Assembly (NCBI GenBank): GCA_017621525.1
Contig: JAGASX010000011.1
Location: 112,111 to 176,110, forward strand
Source: Clostridia bacterium
GTDB taxonomy: Bacteria > Bacillota > Clostridia > Christensenellales > UBA1242
Direction of reading: 5' to 3'
DNA length: 64,000 nt
In this document: positions 9,290-18,817 of the stretch, in pieces
Layout: each line of letters opens with the position of its first letter
Numbering within the stretch: the first letter of the stretch is position 1
Translations under genes and position numbers: made by a program
Notes under the pieces: generated by a model
Databases searched by the model: none
What the model saw: only the letters and a program-made list of their open reading frames with translations
What the model was told of the DNA's origin: nothing

Positions 9290-10113
9290 TCAATTATTTT
9301 TATATCGTCAAATGAATATTTTTTACGATTTCTACGTCTTCTGTTGAAAATCTCCATAATTTGTGGCATTGCGTCAATTGTGGCTTTGTACCCTTCTTCA
9401 ATCATTTCATCCATGCCATCGGTTTTTGTAGATTTAAAACGTTTTGTTTCTGGTGCTATGATAAGGTCGGAATTAACATATCCGCGAAGTGCATTGCTTT
9501 TCATTAAAATACGGATTGAGCAAAACAAAACGTCCATAAATTTTGTGCTGTCTGTACCATAAGTGCGAGATTTGTTTACATCGACAGATATAACATAATC
9601 GCAACCAAAATATCTTGGAATATCCGCAGGAATTGTGTTTTGAAGTCCTCCGTCGCACAAAATCATATCATTGTATACGACAGGTTGAAATACGCCCGGC
9701 ACGGCACAACTACCCATAACCGCTTTTGCAAGATTTCCCTTTGCAAAGCATACCTCCTTGGTTGACTTTATGTCTACGGCAACCGCAGCGAATGGTATTT
9801 TAAGGTCTTTTATGTCTATATCCCCAAGATTATTGATAAGTATATCCCCTACGCCATCAATTTTTGAAGGGGTAAATGGTATTATGTTTTTGCGAATATC
9901 CTTTTCTTTTATATCCTTAACAACCTCATACATTTGCTGATATGAATAGCCGGCAGAATAAAATGCACCGGCGAGGCTTCCTGCGCTTGTGCCAGATACA
10001 AAATCAAACTTTAAGCCAAATTCTTCAAACGCCTTAACAGCGCCCAAATGACAAAAACCACGTGTTCCACCACCGCCAAAGGCAAGACCTATTTTTATCT
10101 TTCTTTTTCTCAT
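9286..10113 (-). CDS. patatin-like phospholipase
   Basis: The start was trimmed to ATG 10113 (MRKRKIKIGLAFGGGGTRG), which follows an AGAGGG RBS. It has the oxyanion GGGxRG motif, the GTSAGS nucleophile and DGG (catalytic Asp). Confidence 0.85.
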   Translation of the reverse strand: MRKRKIKIGLAFGGGGTRGFCHLGAVKAFEEFGLKFDFVSGTSAGSLAGAFYSAGYSYQQMYEVVKDIKEKDIRKNIIPFTPSKIDGVGDILINNLGDIDIKDLKIPFAAVAVDIKSTKEVCFAKGNLAKAVMGSCAVPGVFQPVVYNDMILCDGGLQNTIPADIPRYFGCDYVISVDVNKSRTYGTDSTKFMDVLFCSIRILMKSNALRGYVNSDLIIAPETKRFKSTKTDGMDEMIEEGYKATIDAMPQIMEIFNRRRRNRKKYSFDDIKIIE

Positions 10114-10197
10114 ATTCCCTCTTGATTTTATTATATACAAAAGGCCTTCAAAAACAAAACCAAACTGTGGAATTTTATAAAAATTTTATCAAAACAC

Positions 10198-10226
10198 TTG
10201 CTTTCATTATCTCTTTTTGTTATAAT
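10198..10226 (+). promoter_or_regulatory. promoter for tRNA-Glu
   Basis: TTGCTT (10198-10203), a 17-nt spacer, then TATAAT (10221-10226). An upstream TGt gives an extended -10. The element sits about 20 nt before the tRNA 5' end. Confidence 0.55.
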
Positions 10227-10245
10227 ACACTTGTTAATTTATTAT

Positions 10246-10320
10246 GGCCTCTTGGTCAAGCGGTTAAGACGCCGCCCTCTCACGGCGGAATCAGGGGTTC
10301 GATTCCCCTAGAGGCTACCA
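10246..10320 (+). tRNA. tRNA-Glu (anticodon CUC), CCA encoded
   Basis: A cloverleaf was read by hand. The acceptor stem is GGCCTCT/AGAGGCT. The anticodon stem is CCGCC/GGCGG with loop CTCTCAC. The T arm is AGGGG-TTCGATT-CCCCT. The 3' end is ACCA. The backbone closely resembles Bacillus tRNA-Glu. Confidence 0.9.
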
Positions 10321-10321
10321 A

Positions 10322-10350
10322 AAAACACCTAATTTGTTAGGCGTTTTTTA
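10322..10350 (+). terminator. intrinsic terminator after tRNA-Glu
   Basis: AACACCTAA-tttg-TTAGGCGTT hairpin with one mismatch, followed by TTTTTT. Confidence 0.55.
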
Positions 10351-10518
10351 TTTATATAACTTTATTAAACATTTTTACAAAATTGTAAATTATTTTACAA
10401 AAGGGTATTTACTTTTGCTTTTGTTTGTGATATTATAATGCCTGTAATCAGTCAATGGCTGGTTGCATAGTGGTGTGGGAGGCGTTCTCCTGAGTTTTAT
10501 TCGCCTCCCCAACCATTA

Positions 10519-11130
10519 TTATTTTAAAACAACGTTTATAATAAATTCAAATTCAAGTTCTGTAAAAACAAGCGTTATTTTACAATTTGAGTTTACAGAA
10601 AGTACAACACCATAAAAAGTTTTTACTGCACTGCCATCGCCATCAATTATGATTTCATATTGAGGTGATGGCATTTTTATTCCGCGAGAATCATATACTT
10701 CAAAATCAACTTGGCAAATATTTGATGTTGCGAAAAGGGTTTTATCTTCTAAATAACAATCAACAGTTTGTATGAACGAAAGAGTGTAATTGTTATCTGA
10801 AACTTTTACAGTAAAGGTTGTTTGTGCGTTTTCCTCGCCATATGACGCTGAAAGTGTTACTTTTGTTGAGCCAATACCAATGGCGGTGATTTTATTATTA
10901 TCTATTTCGATTATATTTTCTTTTTCTACATTTATTTGCACAATTGCAAGTTGGTGTGAAAGTTGATAGTAATTGTACGCGGTTTCTCCTATAATTAAGT
11001 TTACATCTTGTGCCTTACAATAGAATTCTTGATTTTCTTGCTTTTTGTCGGTCAAAAAAGTAAGCAGTAAGATTGCTGAAACTGCAAGCATCAAAAAGCA
11101 AGATATAATTGTTGCAAGTTTTTTATTCAC
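10519..11130 (-). CDS. membrane-anchored protein with a bacterial Ig-like (Big_2-like) domain
   Basis: 203 aa with a GTG start and an N-terminal TM helix. The stretch ITAIGIGSTKVTLSASYGEENAQTTFTVKV is typical of Big_2. The RBS is weak. Confidence 0.6.
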   Translation of the reverse strand: MNKKLATIISCFLMLAVSAILLLTFLTDKKQENQEFYCKAQDVNLIIGETAYNYYQLSHQLAIVQINVEKENIIEIDNNKITAIGIGSTKVTLSASYGEENAQTTFTVKVSDNNYTLSFIQTVDCYLEDKTLFATSNICQVDFEVYDSRGIKMPSPQYEIIIDGDGSAVKTFYGVVLSVNSNCKITLVFTELEFEFIINVVLK

Positions 11131-11194
11131 TTAACTATTTTATCAACATTTGTCGCAAAAGTAAAGAAAATGACGATTTAATAGTGTTTTTCGC

Positions 11195-11225
11195 ATAAAA
11201 AAAGAGGTTTAAAACCTCTTTTTTG
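11195..11225. terminator. intrinsic terminator after rpoC
   Basis: AAGAGGTTT-aa-AAACCTCTT hairpin flanked by an A-run and a T-run, immediately after the rpoC stop. Confidence 0.7.
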
Positions 11226-14200
11226 TTATTCTGCAATTGCATCAGTTGGAATAGGCTCTTCTTCCTTAACCACAACAGGCATAACTGACCTATATTTTTT
11301 AAGACCAGTACCAGCAGGAATAAGTTTTCCAATGATAACATTTTCTTTAAGACCAAGCAAGTTGTCAACTTTGCCCTTAACTGCGGCATCGGTAAGAGTT
11401 CTTGAAGTCTCTTGGAATGATGCGGCTGAAAGGAAGCTTTCTGTTGAAAGTGATGCCTTTGTGATACCAAGTAAAATTCTTTTAACGGTTGCAGGAACCC
11501 CGCCCTCGCGAAGAATTCTCTCGTTTTCTTCATCACATTTATATACATCAACAATTTCGCCCGGAAGAAGTGAAGTGTCGCCAGAAGACTCTACTTTAAC
11601 CTTTTTAAGCATTTGTCTGATGATAAGTTCTACGTGTTTATCATTAACTTTAACGCCTTGGCCTCTGTATGTGTCGATAACTTGGTTGAGCATATAGTCT
11701 TGCAAGCCCTTTACACCCCTCATTCTTAAAAGTTCGGCTGGGTTGATTGCACCAGCAGTAAGTTGACTGCCCGGTTCAACAGTTTCGCCATTCTTTACAA
11801 GAAGAACAATTGGCTTTTTAGCCTCATATTCAACTTCTCCATCACGAGATTGAACTGTGATGTAGTAGTATTTAGGGTCTTGTTTGATTGATACTTTACC
11901 AGCAACTTCTGAAATAAGTGCCTCACCTTTTGGTTTTCTTGCTTCAAAAATTTCTTCTACACGAGGCAAACCTTGTGTAATATCAAGCGCAGAAGCAACA
12001 CCGCCGGTGTGGAATGTTCTCATAGTAAGTTGGGTACCAGGTTCACCAATTGATTGGGCTGCAATGATACCAACAGCCTCACCAACTGTAACCATATTTT
12101 TATTGCTCATATCTCTGCCATAGCATTTTGCACATACGCCATGTTTGCAACGGCAGGTGAAAAGTGAACGGATTTGAACTTGTTTGATGCCTGCTTTTTC
12201 AACTGCATCAGATTGTTCTTTTGAAATCATTTCATTTGCTTTAACAATGATTTCACCTGTTTTAGGGTCCACAATATCGTCAACTGCAACTCTGCCATAA
12301 ATTCTTTCAGCAAGAGTTTCTTGAACGGTGCCATCAACAACAAGGTCGCCAACTGTTACACCTTTAACCTTTTCGCCAAGGTCAGCGAAGCAGTCTTCTG
12401 TTGTAACAACTACATCTTGTGAAATATCTACAAGACGGCGTGTAAGGTAACCAGAGTCGGCCGTTTTAAGCGCTGTATCGGAAAGTGATTTACGGATACC
12501 GCGTGCAGTAATGAAGTATTCGATTGGTGTAAGACCTTTAACGAAAGATGACTTAATTGGGCCTACTCTTTCGCCAGATGCTGTAACTTTAAGACCAATC
12601 ATACCCGCCATTGAGTTGATTTGGTCGGAGTTACCACGGGCACCAGATACGAACATCACTTTGAATGGGTTATCCTCAGCCATGTTGCCTACAACGGCTG
12701 AAACGACTTTTGCCTTTGTTTCTTCCCAGAAGTTGTTGTTAAGTTTGATTTTTTCTTCATTGGTGATAAGACCGCGTTTGAAAAGTTTTTCATTTTCAAG
12801 CACTTTCGCCTCGGCCTCTTTAAGAAGTTCTGCCTTCTCTTTTGGCTCTGCAATATCAAATGCGTTTACGGTAAGAGCACCCAATGTTGAGTATTTGTAA
12901 CCGGTTTCCTTGATTTTATCTACAAGGATAGCACATTCTGTTGTGCCATGTTTATCATAAGCACGAGCAAGAATGTTGCCAAGGTCTTTCTTAACAATGT
13001 TTTTGTTAAGTTCAAGTTCGCAAATATTTTCAGGGTTTGTTCTATCAACAAAACCAAGGTCTTGTGGAATTTGCTCGTTGAAAAGTATTCTTCCCACAGA
13101 AGTTTCAACAACTTTTGAATATTTTTTGCCATCAACTTCTTTTGAAAGTCTTACTTTTATTTTTGCCTGCAAGTGCAGGTTTTGTGTTGCATATGCAATT
13201 TTTGCCTCTTCTGGTGATGCATAAATGCTACCCTCGCCAAGAGCGCCTGGTTTAAGCATGGTCATATATGCACAACCAAGAATGATGTCTTGTGATGGTG
13301 TAACAATTGGCTCACCATCGGCAAGTTTTAAAATGTTGTTTGATGCAAGCATAAGCGTTCTTGCTTCTGTTCTTGCGTCAAGTGAAAGTGGTACATGGAC
13401 AGACATTTGGTCCCCGTCGAAGTCGGCGTTGAAGGCAGCGCAGACTGATGGGTGAAGTTTGATTGCCCTGCCCTCTACAAGTACAGGTTCAAACGCTTGA
13501 ACTGAAAGTCTGTGAAGTGTTGGAGCACGGTTTAAGAACACTGGGTGGTCTTTGATTACCTCTGCCAAAATATCCCAAACAACAGGTTTTGCGTTTTCAA
13601 TCATTCTTTTTGCTGCCTTAATGTTGTGTGATTTGTTAAGGTCAACAAGTCTGTTCATGATGAATGGTTTAAAAAGTTCCAATGCCATTTCTTTTGGGAG
13701 TCCGCATTGATACATTTTAAGTTCTGGGCCAACTACAATAACCGAACGGCCAGAGTAGTCTACACGTTTACCCAAAAGGTTAAGTCTGAAACGGCCTTGT
13801 TTACCACCAAGCATTGCTGTAAGTGATTTAAGGTCGCGTTGTTTTGAAGATTGAACAGCCTTACCGCGTTTACCATTATCAATAAGGTTATCAACCGCCT
13901 CTTGAAGCATACGTTTTTCATTTCTTACAATGACGTCTGGCGCACCAAGTTCCATAAGTTTCTTTAATCGGTTGTTTCTGTTGATAACACGTCTATAAAG
14001 GTCGTTAAGGTCACTGGTTGCATATCTTCCGCCGTCAATTGGCACCATTGGGCGAAGGTCTGGTGGAAGAACAGGCACAACGTCAAGTACCATCCATGTT
14101 GGGCTGTTGCCTGATTTAAGGAAAGACTCGACAACGTCAAGTTTTTTCATCGCCTTCATTCTTCTTTGACCTTTTAAGGTAAGAAGTGCCTCTTTAAGTG

Positions 14201-14771
14201 TTTTTGCCTCGCGTTTAAGGTCTACTTCGCCAAGAAGTCTTTTGATTGCCTCAGCACCCATGCCAACTTCAAAAGCGTCATAGCCATATTTTTCGCAAGC
14301 GTCTGCATATTCTTTATCTGTGATAACTTGTTTATAAGCAAGGTCGGTGCGTTTTGGGTCGAGAACTACATAGCATACATAGTACACAATTTGTTCCAAT
14401 ACCTTTGGTGTCATTTCAAGAAGTGTACCAATTTTTGATGGCACATTTCTGAAAAACCAAATATGTGTACATGGGGCAGCAAGTTCAATATGTCCCATTC
14501 TTTCACGTCTTACTTTGGCGCGTGTAACTTCTACACCGCACTTATCGCAGACTACGCCTTTATAGCGTACGCGTTTGTATCTTCCGCACTGACACTCCCA
14601 ATCTTTTCTTGGTCCAAAAATCTTTTCACAAAAAAGACCATCTTTTTCTGGTTTTTGTGTTCTATAATTGATAGTTTCAGGTTTGGTAACCTCACCATGA
14701 GACCATTCGCGAATTTTCTCTGGTGAAGCTACGCCTATCTTAATAGAATCAAAATTGTTTAATTCAAACAT
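11226..14771 (-). CDS. rpoC: DNA-directed RNA polymerase subunit beta'
   Basis: 1181 aa. It has the zinc motif [20 protein letters not shown], the catalytic NADFDGDQM motif and trigger-loop/bridge-helix regions. Confidence 0.98.
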   Translation of the reverse strand: MFELNNFDSIKIGVASPEKIREWSHGEVTKPETINYRTQKPEKDGLFCEKIFGPRKDWECQCGRYKRVRYKGVVCDKCGVEVTRAKVRRERMGHIELAAPCTHIWFFRNVPSKIGTLLEMTPKVLEQIVYYVCYVVLDPKRTDLAYKQVITDKEYADACEKYGYDAFEVGMGAEAIKRLLGEVDLKREAKTLKEALLTLKGQRRMKAMKKLDVVESFLKSGNSPTWMVLDVVPVLPPDLRPMVPIDGGRYATSDLNDLYRRVINRNNRLKKLMELGAPDVIVRNEKRMLQEAVDNLIDNGKRGKAVQSSKQRDLKSLTAMLGGKQGRFRLNLLGKRVDYSGRSVIVVGPELKMYQCGLPKEMALELFKPFIMNRLVDLNKSHNIKAAKRMIENAKPVVWDILAEVIKDHPVFLNRAPTLHRLSVQAFEPVLVEGRAIKLHPSVCAAFNADFDGDQMSVHVPLSLDARTEARTLMLASNNILKLADGEPIVTPSQDIILGCAYMTMLKPGALGEGSIYASPEEAKIAYATQNLHLQAKIKVRLSKEVDGKKYSKVVETSVGRILFNEQIPQDLGFVDRTNPENICELELNKNIVKKDLGNILARAYDKHGTTECAILVDKIKETGYKYSTLGALTVNAFDIAEPKEKAELLKEAEAKVLENEKLFKRGLITNEEKIKLNNNFWEETKAKVVSAVVGNMAEDNPFKVMFVSGARGNSDQINSMAGMIGLKVTASGERVGPIKSSFVKGLTPIEYFITARGIRKSLSDTALKTADSGYLTRRLVDISQDVVVTTEDCFADLGEKVKGVTVGDLVVDGTVQETLAERIYGRVAVDDIVDPKTGEIIVKANEMISKEQSDAVEKAGIKQVQIRSLFTCRCKHGVCAKCYGRDMSNKNMVTVGEAVGIIAAQSIGEPGTQLTMRTFHTGGVASALDITQGLPRVEEIFEARKPKGEALISEVAGKVSIKQDPKYYYITVQSRDGEVEYEAKKPIVLLVKNGETVEPGSQLTAGAINPAELLRMRGVKGLQDYMLNQVIDTYRGQGVKVNDKHVELIIRQMLKKVKVESSGDTSLLPGEIVDVYKCDEENERILREGGVPATVKRILLGITKASLSTESFLSAASFQETSRTLTDAAVKGKVDNLLGLKENVIIGKLIPAGTGLKKYRSVMPVVVKEEEPIPTDAIAE

Positions 14772-14788
14772 TTCAAATCCCCTTTTTT

Positions 14789-17700
14789 CTAATCATCAAA
14801 GTCACCGAAATCATCAAAGATGTCGAGATTGTCTATATCGTTTTTGGTGCTTTCTTCAAACACTTCGTTAAGTTCTTTTGCCTCTGCCTCTTCTGCTGTA
14901 AGTTCTGGTTGAGTGTTATGCTCTTCAAAATCGAAGATTCCTTCGGCAAGGTCTTTTTCTGTTTCATGAGCCATTGATGGTGATTGGTCTTGTTCATCTT
15001 GGCTGAGTTCTGCAAGTGAAATTTCTTTGTCACCCTCTGCCAAAATTTTAACGTCAAGTCCAAGTGCCTGCAATTCTTTTACAAGAACTTTGAATGACTC
15101 TGGAATACCTGGCTCTGCAATTGGCAGACCTTTGATAATAGACTCGTAAGTTTTAAGACGTCCATTAAGGTCGTCAGACTTAACTGTAAGCATTTCTTGC
15201 AGGATATGGCTTGCACCATATGCTTCAAGTGCCCAAACTTCCATTTCACCAAATCTTTGTCCACCGAAGAGTGATTTACCACCAAGTGGTTGTTGCGTGA
15301 TGAGTGCGTATGGTCCAATTGAACGAGCGTGGATTTTTGAGTCTACCATGTGTTCAAGTTTAAGCATATATTTAACGCCGACAGTTGTAAGGTTATCAAA
15401 AGGTTCACCTGTTCTGCCATCATAAAGTTGCATTTTACCATCTTCACGGAAGTTGTTTTCAATAAGAAGTTCTTTGATATCCTCGGTTGTTGCACCATCA
15501 AATGCTGGGGTTGCTACCTTCCATCCAAGGGTTTTAGCAACAAGGCCAAGGTGAACTTCCATAACCTGACCGATATTCATACGAGATGGAATACCAAGTG
15601 GGCTGAGTACAATGTCAAGTGGTTGTCCGTTTGCAAGGTATGGCATATCTGCCTCTGGAAGAACAATTGAAACTACGCCCTTGTTTCCGTGACGGCCTGA
15701 CATTTTATCGCCGACAGAAATTTTTCTCTTTTGAGCAACTGTTACGCGTACCATCATGTTTACGCCTGGTTCCAAATCATCTTTATTTTTCTTTGAGAAC
15801 ACTTGAACGTCAACTACTACACCGCCCTTACCATGTTGAACGCGGAGTGATGTATCGCGGACATCTCTTGCCTTGTCGCCAAAGATTGCGCGGAGAAGTC
15901 TTTCTTCTGGTGTAAGGTCGGTTTCACCTTTTGGTGTAACTTTACCAACCAAGATGTCGTTTGGATGCACTTCTGCACCAATTCTTACAATACCGTTTTC
16001 GTCAAGGTCTTTAAGTGCCTCTTCGCCAAGGTTTGGAATATCGCGAGTGATTGCCTCATCACCAAGTTTGGTTGTACGGCATTTTACTTCGTGGTCATAA
16101 AGTGTGATTGATGTGTATACGTCTTCTTTTACAAGTCTTTCATTGATGAGGATAGCGTCCTCGAAGTTTTGTCCTTCCCAGTTCATATAACCGATAAGAA
16201 CATTTTTACCAACGGCAAGTTCTCCGTTATCAGTTGAATAACCGTCTGTGAGAATGTCGCCTGCTTTTACCCTTTCGCCTTTAATAACGCATGGGCGTTG
16301 GTTGAAGCAAACATCGTCGTTTGCTTTTGCAAATTTGATAAGTGTGTAAATATCTTCATCGCCTTTATCTGTGCGTACGCGAATTTCATCGGCTGATACA
16401 TAACTTACTGTACCATCGCGTTTTGCAAGGATAACGCATCCGCTGTCATGTGCAGCAACAGCCTCCATGCCCGTACCAACAACTGGTGATTCTGGACGGA
16501 TTACAGGCACTGCCTGACGTTGCATGTTTGCACCCATGAGGGCACGGTTTGCTTCGTCGCCGTTTACAAATGGAATAAGGCTTGTTGCAACTGAAATAAG
16601 TTGTCTTGGAGATACGTCCATATAGTCAACTTTGCTTGCTGGAACGTCTACGTTTGTTGAGCCATGACGGCAAATGATATGTTTGTTGATGAAGTGTCCC
16701 TCTTCATCAAGTGGTTCGATTGCTTGGGCGATATAACTATCGTTTTCTACGTCTGCCATTTTGTACACAATGTCTTTTGTTACAACGCCACGTTCTTTAT
16801 CCACAACTCTGTATGGAGTTTCAAGGAAACCATAGTCGTTGATGCGAACATATGTTGCAAGTGTGTTAAGCAAACCAATTGATTGACCTTCTGGTGTTTC
16901 AATTGGGCAAATTCTGCCATAGTGTGTAAAGTGAATATCACGGATTTCTGGGTCAGCACGCTCCTTTTTGATACCGCCAGGTCCAATCGCAGAAACACGA
17001 CGTTTTTGGGTGATACCAGAAAGTGGGTTCTTTTGGTCCATGATTTGTGAAAGTTGTGATTGAGAGAAGAAATCACGTACGGCTTTGTTTACAGCCTTTG
17101 GATTCATAATTTGAGAAGGTGTAACTTCTACAAATTCTCTGCCCTGCAATGTTTCTTTTACGTTTGTTGAAAGTTTTGTTACACCCTTTCTAAATTCATT
17201 GCAAGTAAGTTCTCCAACTGTTGCAACTCTTTTATTTGAAAGGTGTTCGATTTTGTCAATGCCTGCAATTCCTTCCATTACGTCAAGGTAGCAAGAGATT
17301 GTAGCAAGAATATCATCCATTGTAAGAGTTGTGATGATAAGGTCTTTTGCACTTGCTTTGATTGCTTCAAGGCGTTTTTCTTTTGATTTGTTTTCTGAAA
17401 GGATTTGTTTAAGCACAGGAAGATATACATCTTCAAAAATTCCAAGGCTTTCTTGGTCGCATGGGAAGTATTCGCTTAATGTAACGCGGTTGTTACCCCT
17501 CATAAGATGACGTTTGCCATTGAATTGTACCCAAACTTCATTTACGCCAGCGTTTTGAACTTTCTTTGCACTTTCTGCGGTAAATTCTTCGCCCGCTTTT
17601 ACAATAAGTTCTCCATCAACAACGATGTCATCGGCATTGATGAGGCCTGAAAGTCTTTCTTTAAGGGCAAGTTTTTTGTTTACCTTGTATCTGCCCACTT

Positions 17701-18502
17701 TTGAAAGGTTGTAGTAAGCGTCTGTGAAGAAAGAGGCGTTGAGGAAACTTCTTGTGCTTTCAACTGATGGAACATCGGCTGGTCTGGTTTTTCTTGAAAA
17801 TTCAAGAAGAGCATCTTCCTGTGTAACCTGAGTTTCTTTATCAAGCACATATTTGATATATCTGTTTCCACCAAATACTTTTGTGATTTCATCATTTGTG
17901 AAACCAAAGCATTTAAGGAAAACGCCAAGGCTGATTACATTTTTTCTTTCAAGAACAATTTTAAGGTTTTCGTTGGCGCCTTGTTTAACTTCAATCCATG
18001 GTCCGTGAACTGGAATGATTTGAGCTTTTAAAGTTGCGTTGTTTTCTTTCTCACGCGACATATAAACGCTTGGTGCACGAACAATTTGGCTGATAACAAC
18101 CCTTTCAATACCGTTGTATATGAAAGAGCCCTGTTCTGTCATCATTGGCATATCGCCCATGAAAACTTCTTGTTCAACAGCCTGTCCTGTTTCTTCAACT
18201 ACAAAGCGTGCTTTCACTTTGAGTGGCGAAGAGTATGTCGCACCGCGACGTTTGCACTCTTTAATATCATACTTTGGCTCTGCAAATGGCAGAACTTCTG
18301 TGATATAAAGTTTTGCTTTGCCAGAGTAGTCAGATATTGGGAAAAATTCATCAAGAACTTTTTTGATGCCCTTTTCCAAGAAATCCTTATATGACTTTTT
18401 TTGGATTTCAAGAAGTGGTGGAACAGGGATTAAATCTTCACATTTTCCGAAAGTGTATCTTTCTGCTTTTCCATTTCTTACTTTTCTTACTTTAACAGAC
18501 AT
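14789..18502 (-). CDS. rpoB: DNA-directed RNA polymerase subunit beta, with an acidic C-terminal tail
   Basis: 1237 aa. It has the rif-cluster region [28 protein letters not shown] and [10 protein letters not shown]. The C-terminal ~90 aa are strongly acidic and end in [11 protein letters not shown]. Confidence 0.98.
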   Translation of the reverse strand: MSVKVRKVRNGKAERYTFGKCEDLIPVPPLLEIQKKSYKDFLEKGIKKVLDEFFPISDYSGKAKLYITEVLPFAEPKYDIKECKRRGATYSSPLKVKARFVVEETGQAVEQEVFMGDMPMMTEQGSFIYNGIERVVISQIVRAPSVYMSREKENNATLKAQIIPVHGPWIEVKQGANENLKIVLERKNVISLGVFLKCFGFTNDEITKVFGGNRYIKYVLDKETQVTQEDALLEFSRKTRPADVPSVESTRSFLNASFFTDAYYNLSKVGRYKVNKKLALKERLSGLINADDIVVDGELIVKAGEEFTAESAKKVQNAGVNEVWVQFNGKRHLMRGNNRVTLSEYFPCDQESLGIFEDVYLPVLKQILSENKSKEKRLEAIKASAKDLIITTLTMDDILATISCYLDVMEGIAGIDKIEHLSNKRVATVGELTCNEFRKGVTKLSTNVKETLQGREFVEVTPSQIMNPKAVNKAVRDFFSQSQLSQIMDQKNPLSGITQKRRVSAIGPGGIKKERADPEIRDIHFTHYGRICPIETPEGQSIGLLNTLATYVRINDYGFLETPYRVVDKERGVVTKDIVYKMADVENDSYIAQAIEPLDEEGHFINKHIICRHGSTNVDVPASKVDYMDVSPRQLISVATSLIPFVNGDEANRALMGANMQRQAVPVIRPESPVVGTGMEAVAAHDSGCVILAKRDGTVSYVSADEIRVRTDKGDEDIYTLIKFAKANDDVCFNQRPCVIKGERVKAGDILTDGYSTDNGELAVGKNVLIGYMNWEGQNFEDAILINERLVKEDVYTSITLYDHEVKCRTTKLGDEAITRDIPNLGEEALKDLDENGIVRIGAEVHPNDILVGKVTPKGETDLTPEERLLRAIFGDKARDVRDTSLRVQHGKGGVVVDVQVFSKKNKDDLEPGVNMMVRVTVAQKRKISVGDKMSGRHGNKGVVSIVLPEADMPYLANGQPLDIVLSPLGIPSRMNIGQVMEVHLGLVAKTLGWKVATPAFDGATTEDIKELLIENNFREDGKMQLYDGRTGEPFDNLTTVGVKYMLKLEHMVDSKIHARSIGPYALITQQPLGGKSLFGGQRFGEMEVWALEAYGASHILQEMLTVKSDDLNGRLKTYESIIKGLPIAEPGIPESFKVLVKELQALGLDVKILAEGDKEISLAELSQDEQDQSPSMAHETEKDLAEGIFDFEEHNTQPELTAEEAEAKELNEVFEESTKNDIDNLDIFDDFGDFDD

Positions 18503-18537
18503 TTACCTCTCCTTCTTTCCTCGGCCATTTAATGGGC

Positions 18538-18580
18538 AAAAAAAGGACTTTACGGCACAAAAATGCCATAATAGTCCCCG
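18538..18580 (-). terminator. attenuator-like hairpin plus T7 run in the rpoB leader
   Basis: The minus strand reads GGACT-attat-GGCA-tttttg-TGCC-gtaa-AGTCC followed by TTTTTTT. It sits about 35 nt upstream of the rpoB ATG and downstream of the predicted promoter. Confidence 0.45.
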
Positions 18581-18645
18581 CCTATTAAATTAAAAACCTA
18601 AAATTTTCTTCAAATTTTCTTCACAGCCGATATATAGTCTTAAAC

Positions 18646-18675
18646 ATTATAACAAATATACCTTGTTTTTGTCAA
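18646..18675 (-). promoter_or_regulatory. rpoB promoter
   Basis: On the minus strand, TTGACA (18675-18670), an 18-nt spacer, then TATAAT (18651-18646). A TGt extended -10 is present. Confidence 0.6.
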
Positions 18676-18773
18676 TACTTTTTCACCATTTTTTTGTCTT
18701 TTATACACAAAAGTTTTGCCAAAATGCTTTAAGCGTGTTCTTTTTTGTAATTTTAAGTTGAAAAATAGACGCA

Positions 18774-18808
18774 AAAAGAACTTCTATTTGAAATAGAAGT
18801 CCTTTTGT
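18774..18808 (-). terminator. intrinsic terminator after the giant gene
   Basis: The minus strand reads GGACTTCTATTT-ca-AATAGAAGTTC followed by TTTTTG, about 10 nt after the stop at 18818. Confidence 0.75.
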
Positions 18809-18817
18809 GGCTGTGAT

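Noticed and set aside
8177-10113. The overlapping patatin phospholipase and MBL hydrolase genes as a possible defence (CBASS-effector-like) pair.
   Set aside because: No cyclase, sensor or other defence partner is present. The genes head a tightly packed housekeeping operon that continues into tkt. Patatin (YlbK-like) and ComEC-type MBL proteins are common core genes in Firmicutes.
10062-10340. A 92-aa plus-strand ORF spanning the tRNA-Glu gene.
   Set aside because: It overlaps the patatin gene start, the tRNA promoter and the whole tRNA, so it is an artefact of the six-frame scan.
11135-11554. A 139-aa minus-strand ORF, plus many 60-170-aa ORFs overlapping rpoC, rpoB, the giant gene, mfd, ftsH and the ATPase genes. 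Examples are 1861-2364, 12511-12900, 20112-20441, 43025-43507, 57197-57931 and 60274-60783.
   Set aside because: These are shadow or alternative-frame ORFs lying entirely inside long, motif-confirmed genes. They have low-complexity or biased composition and no RBS.
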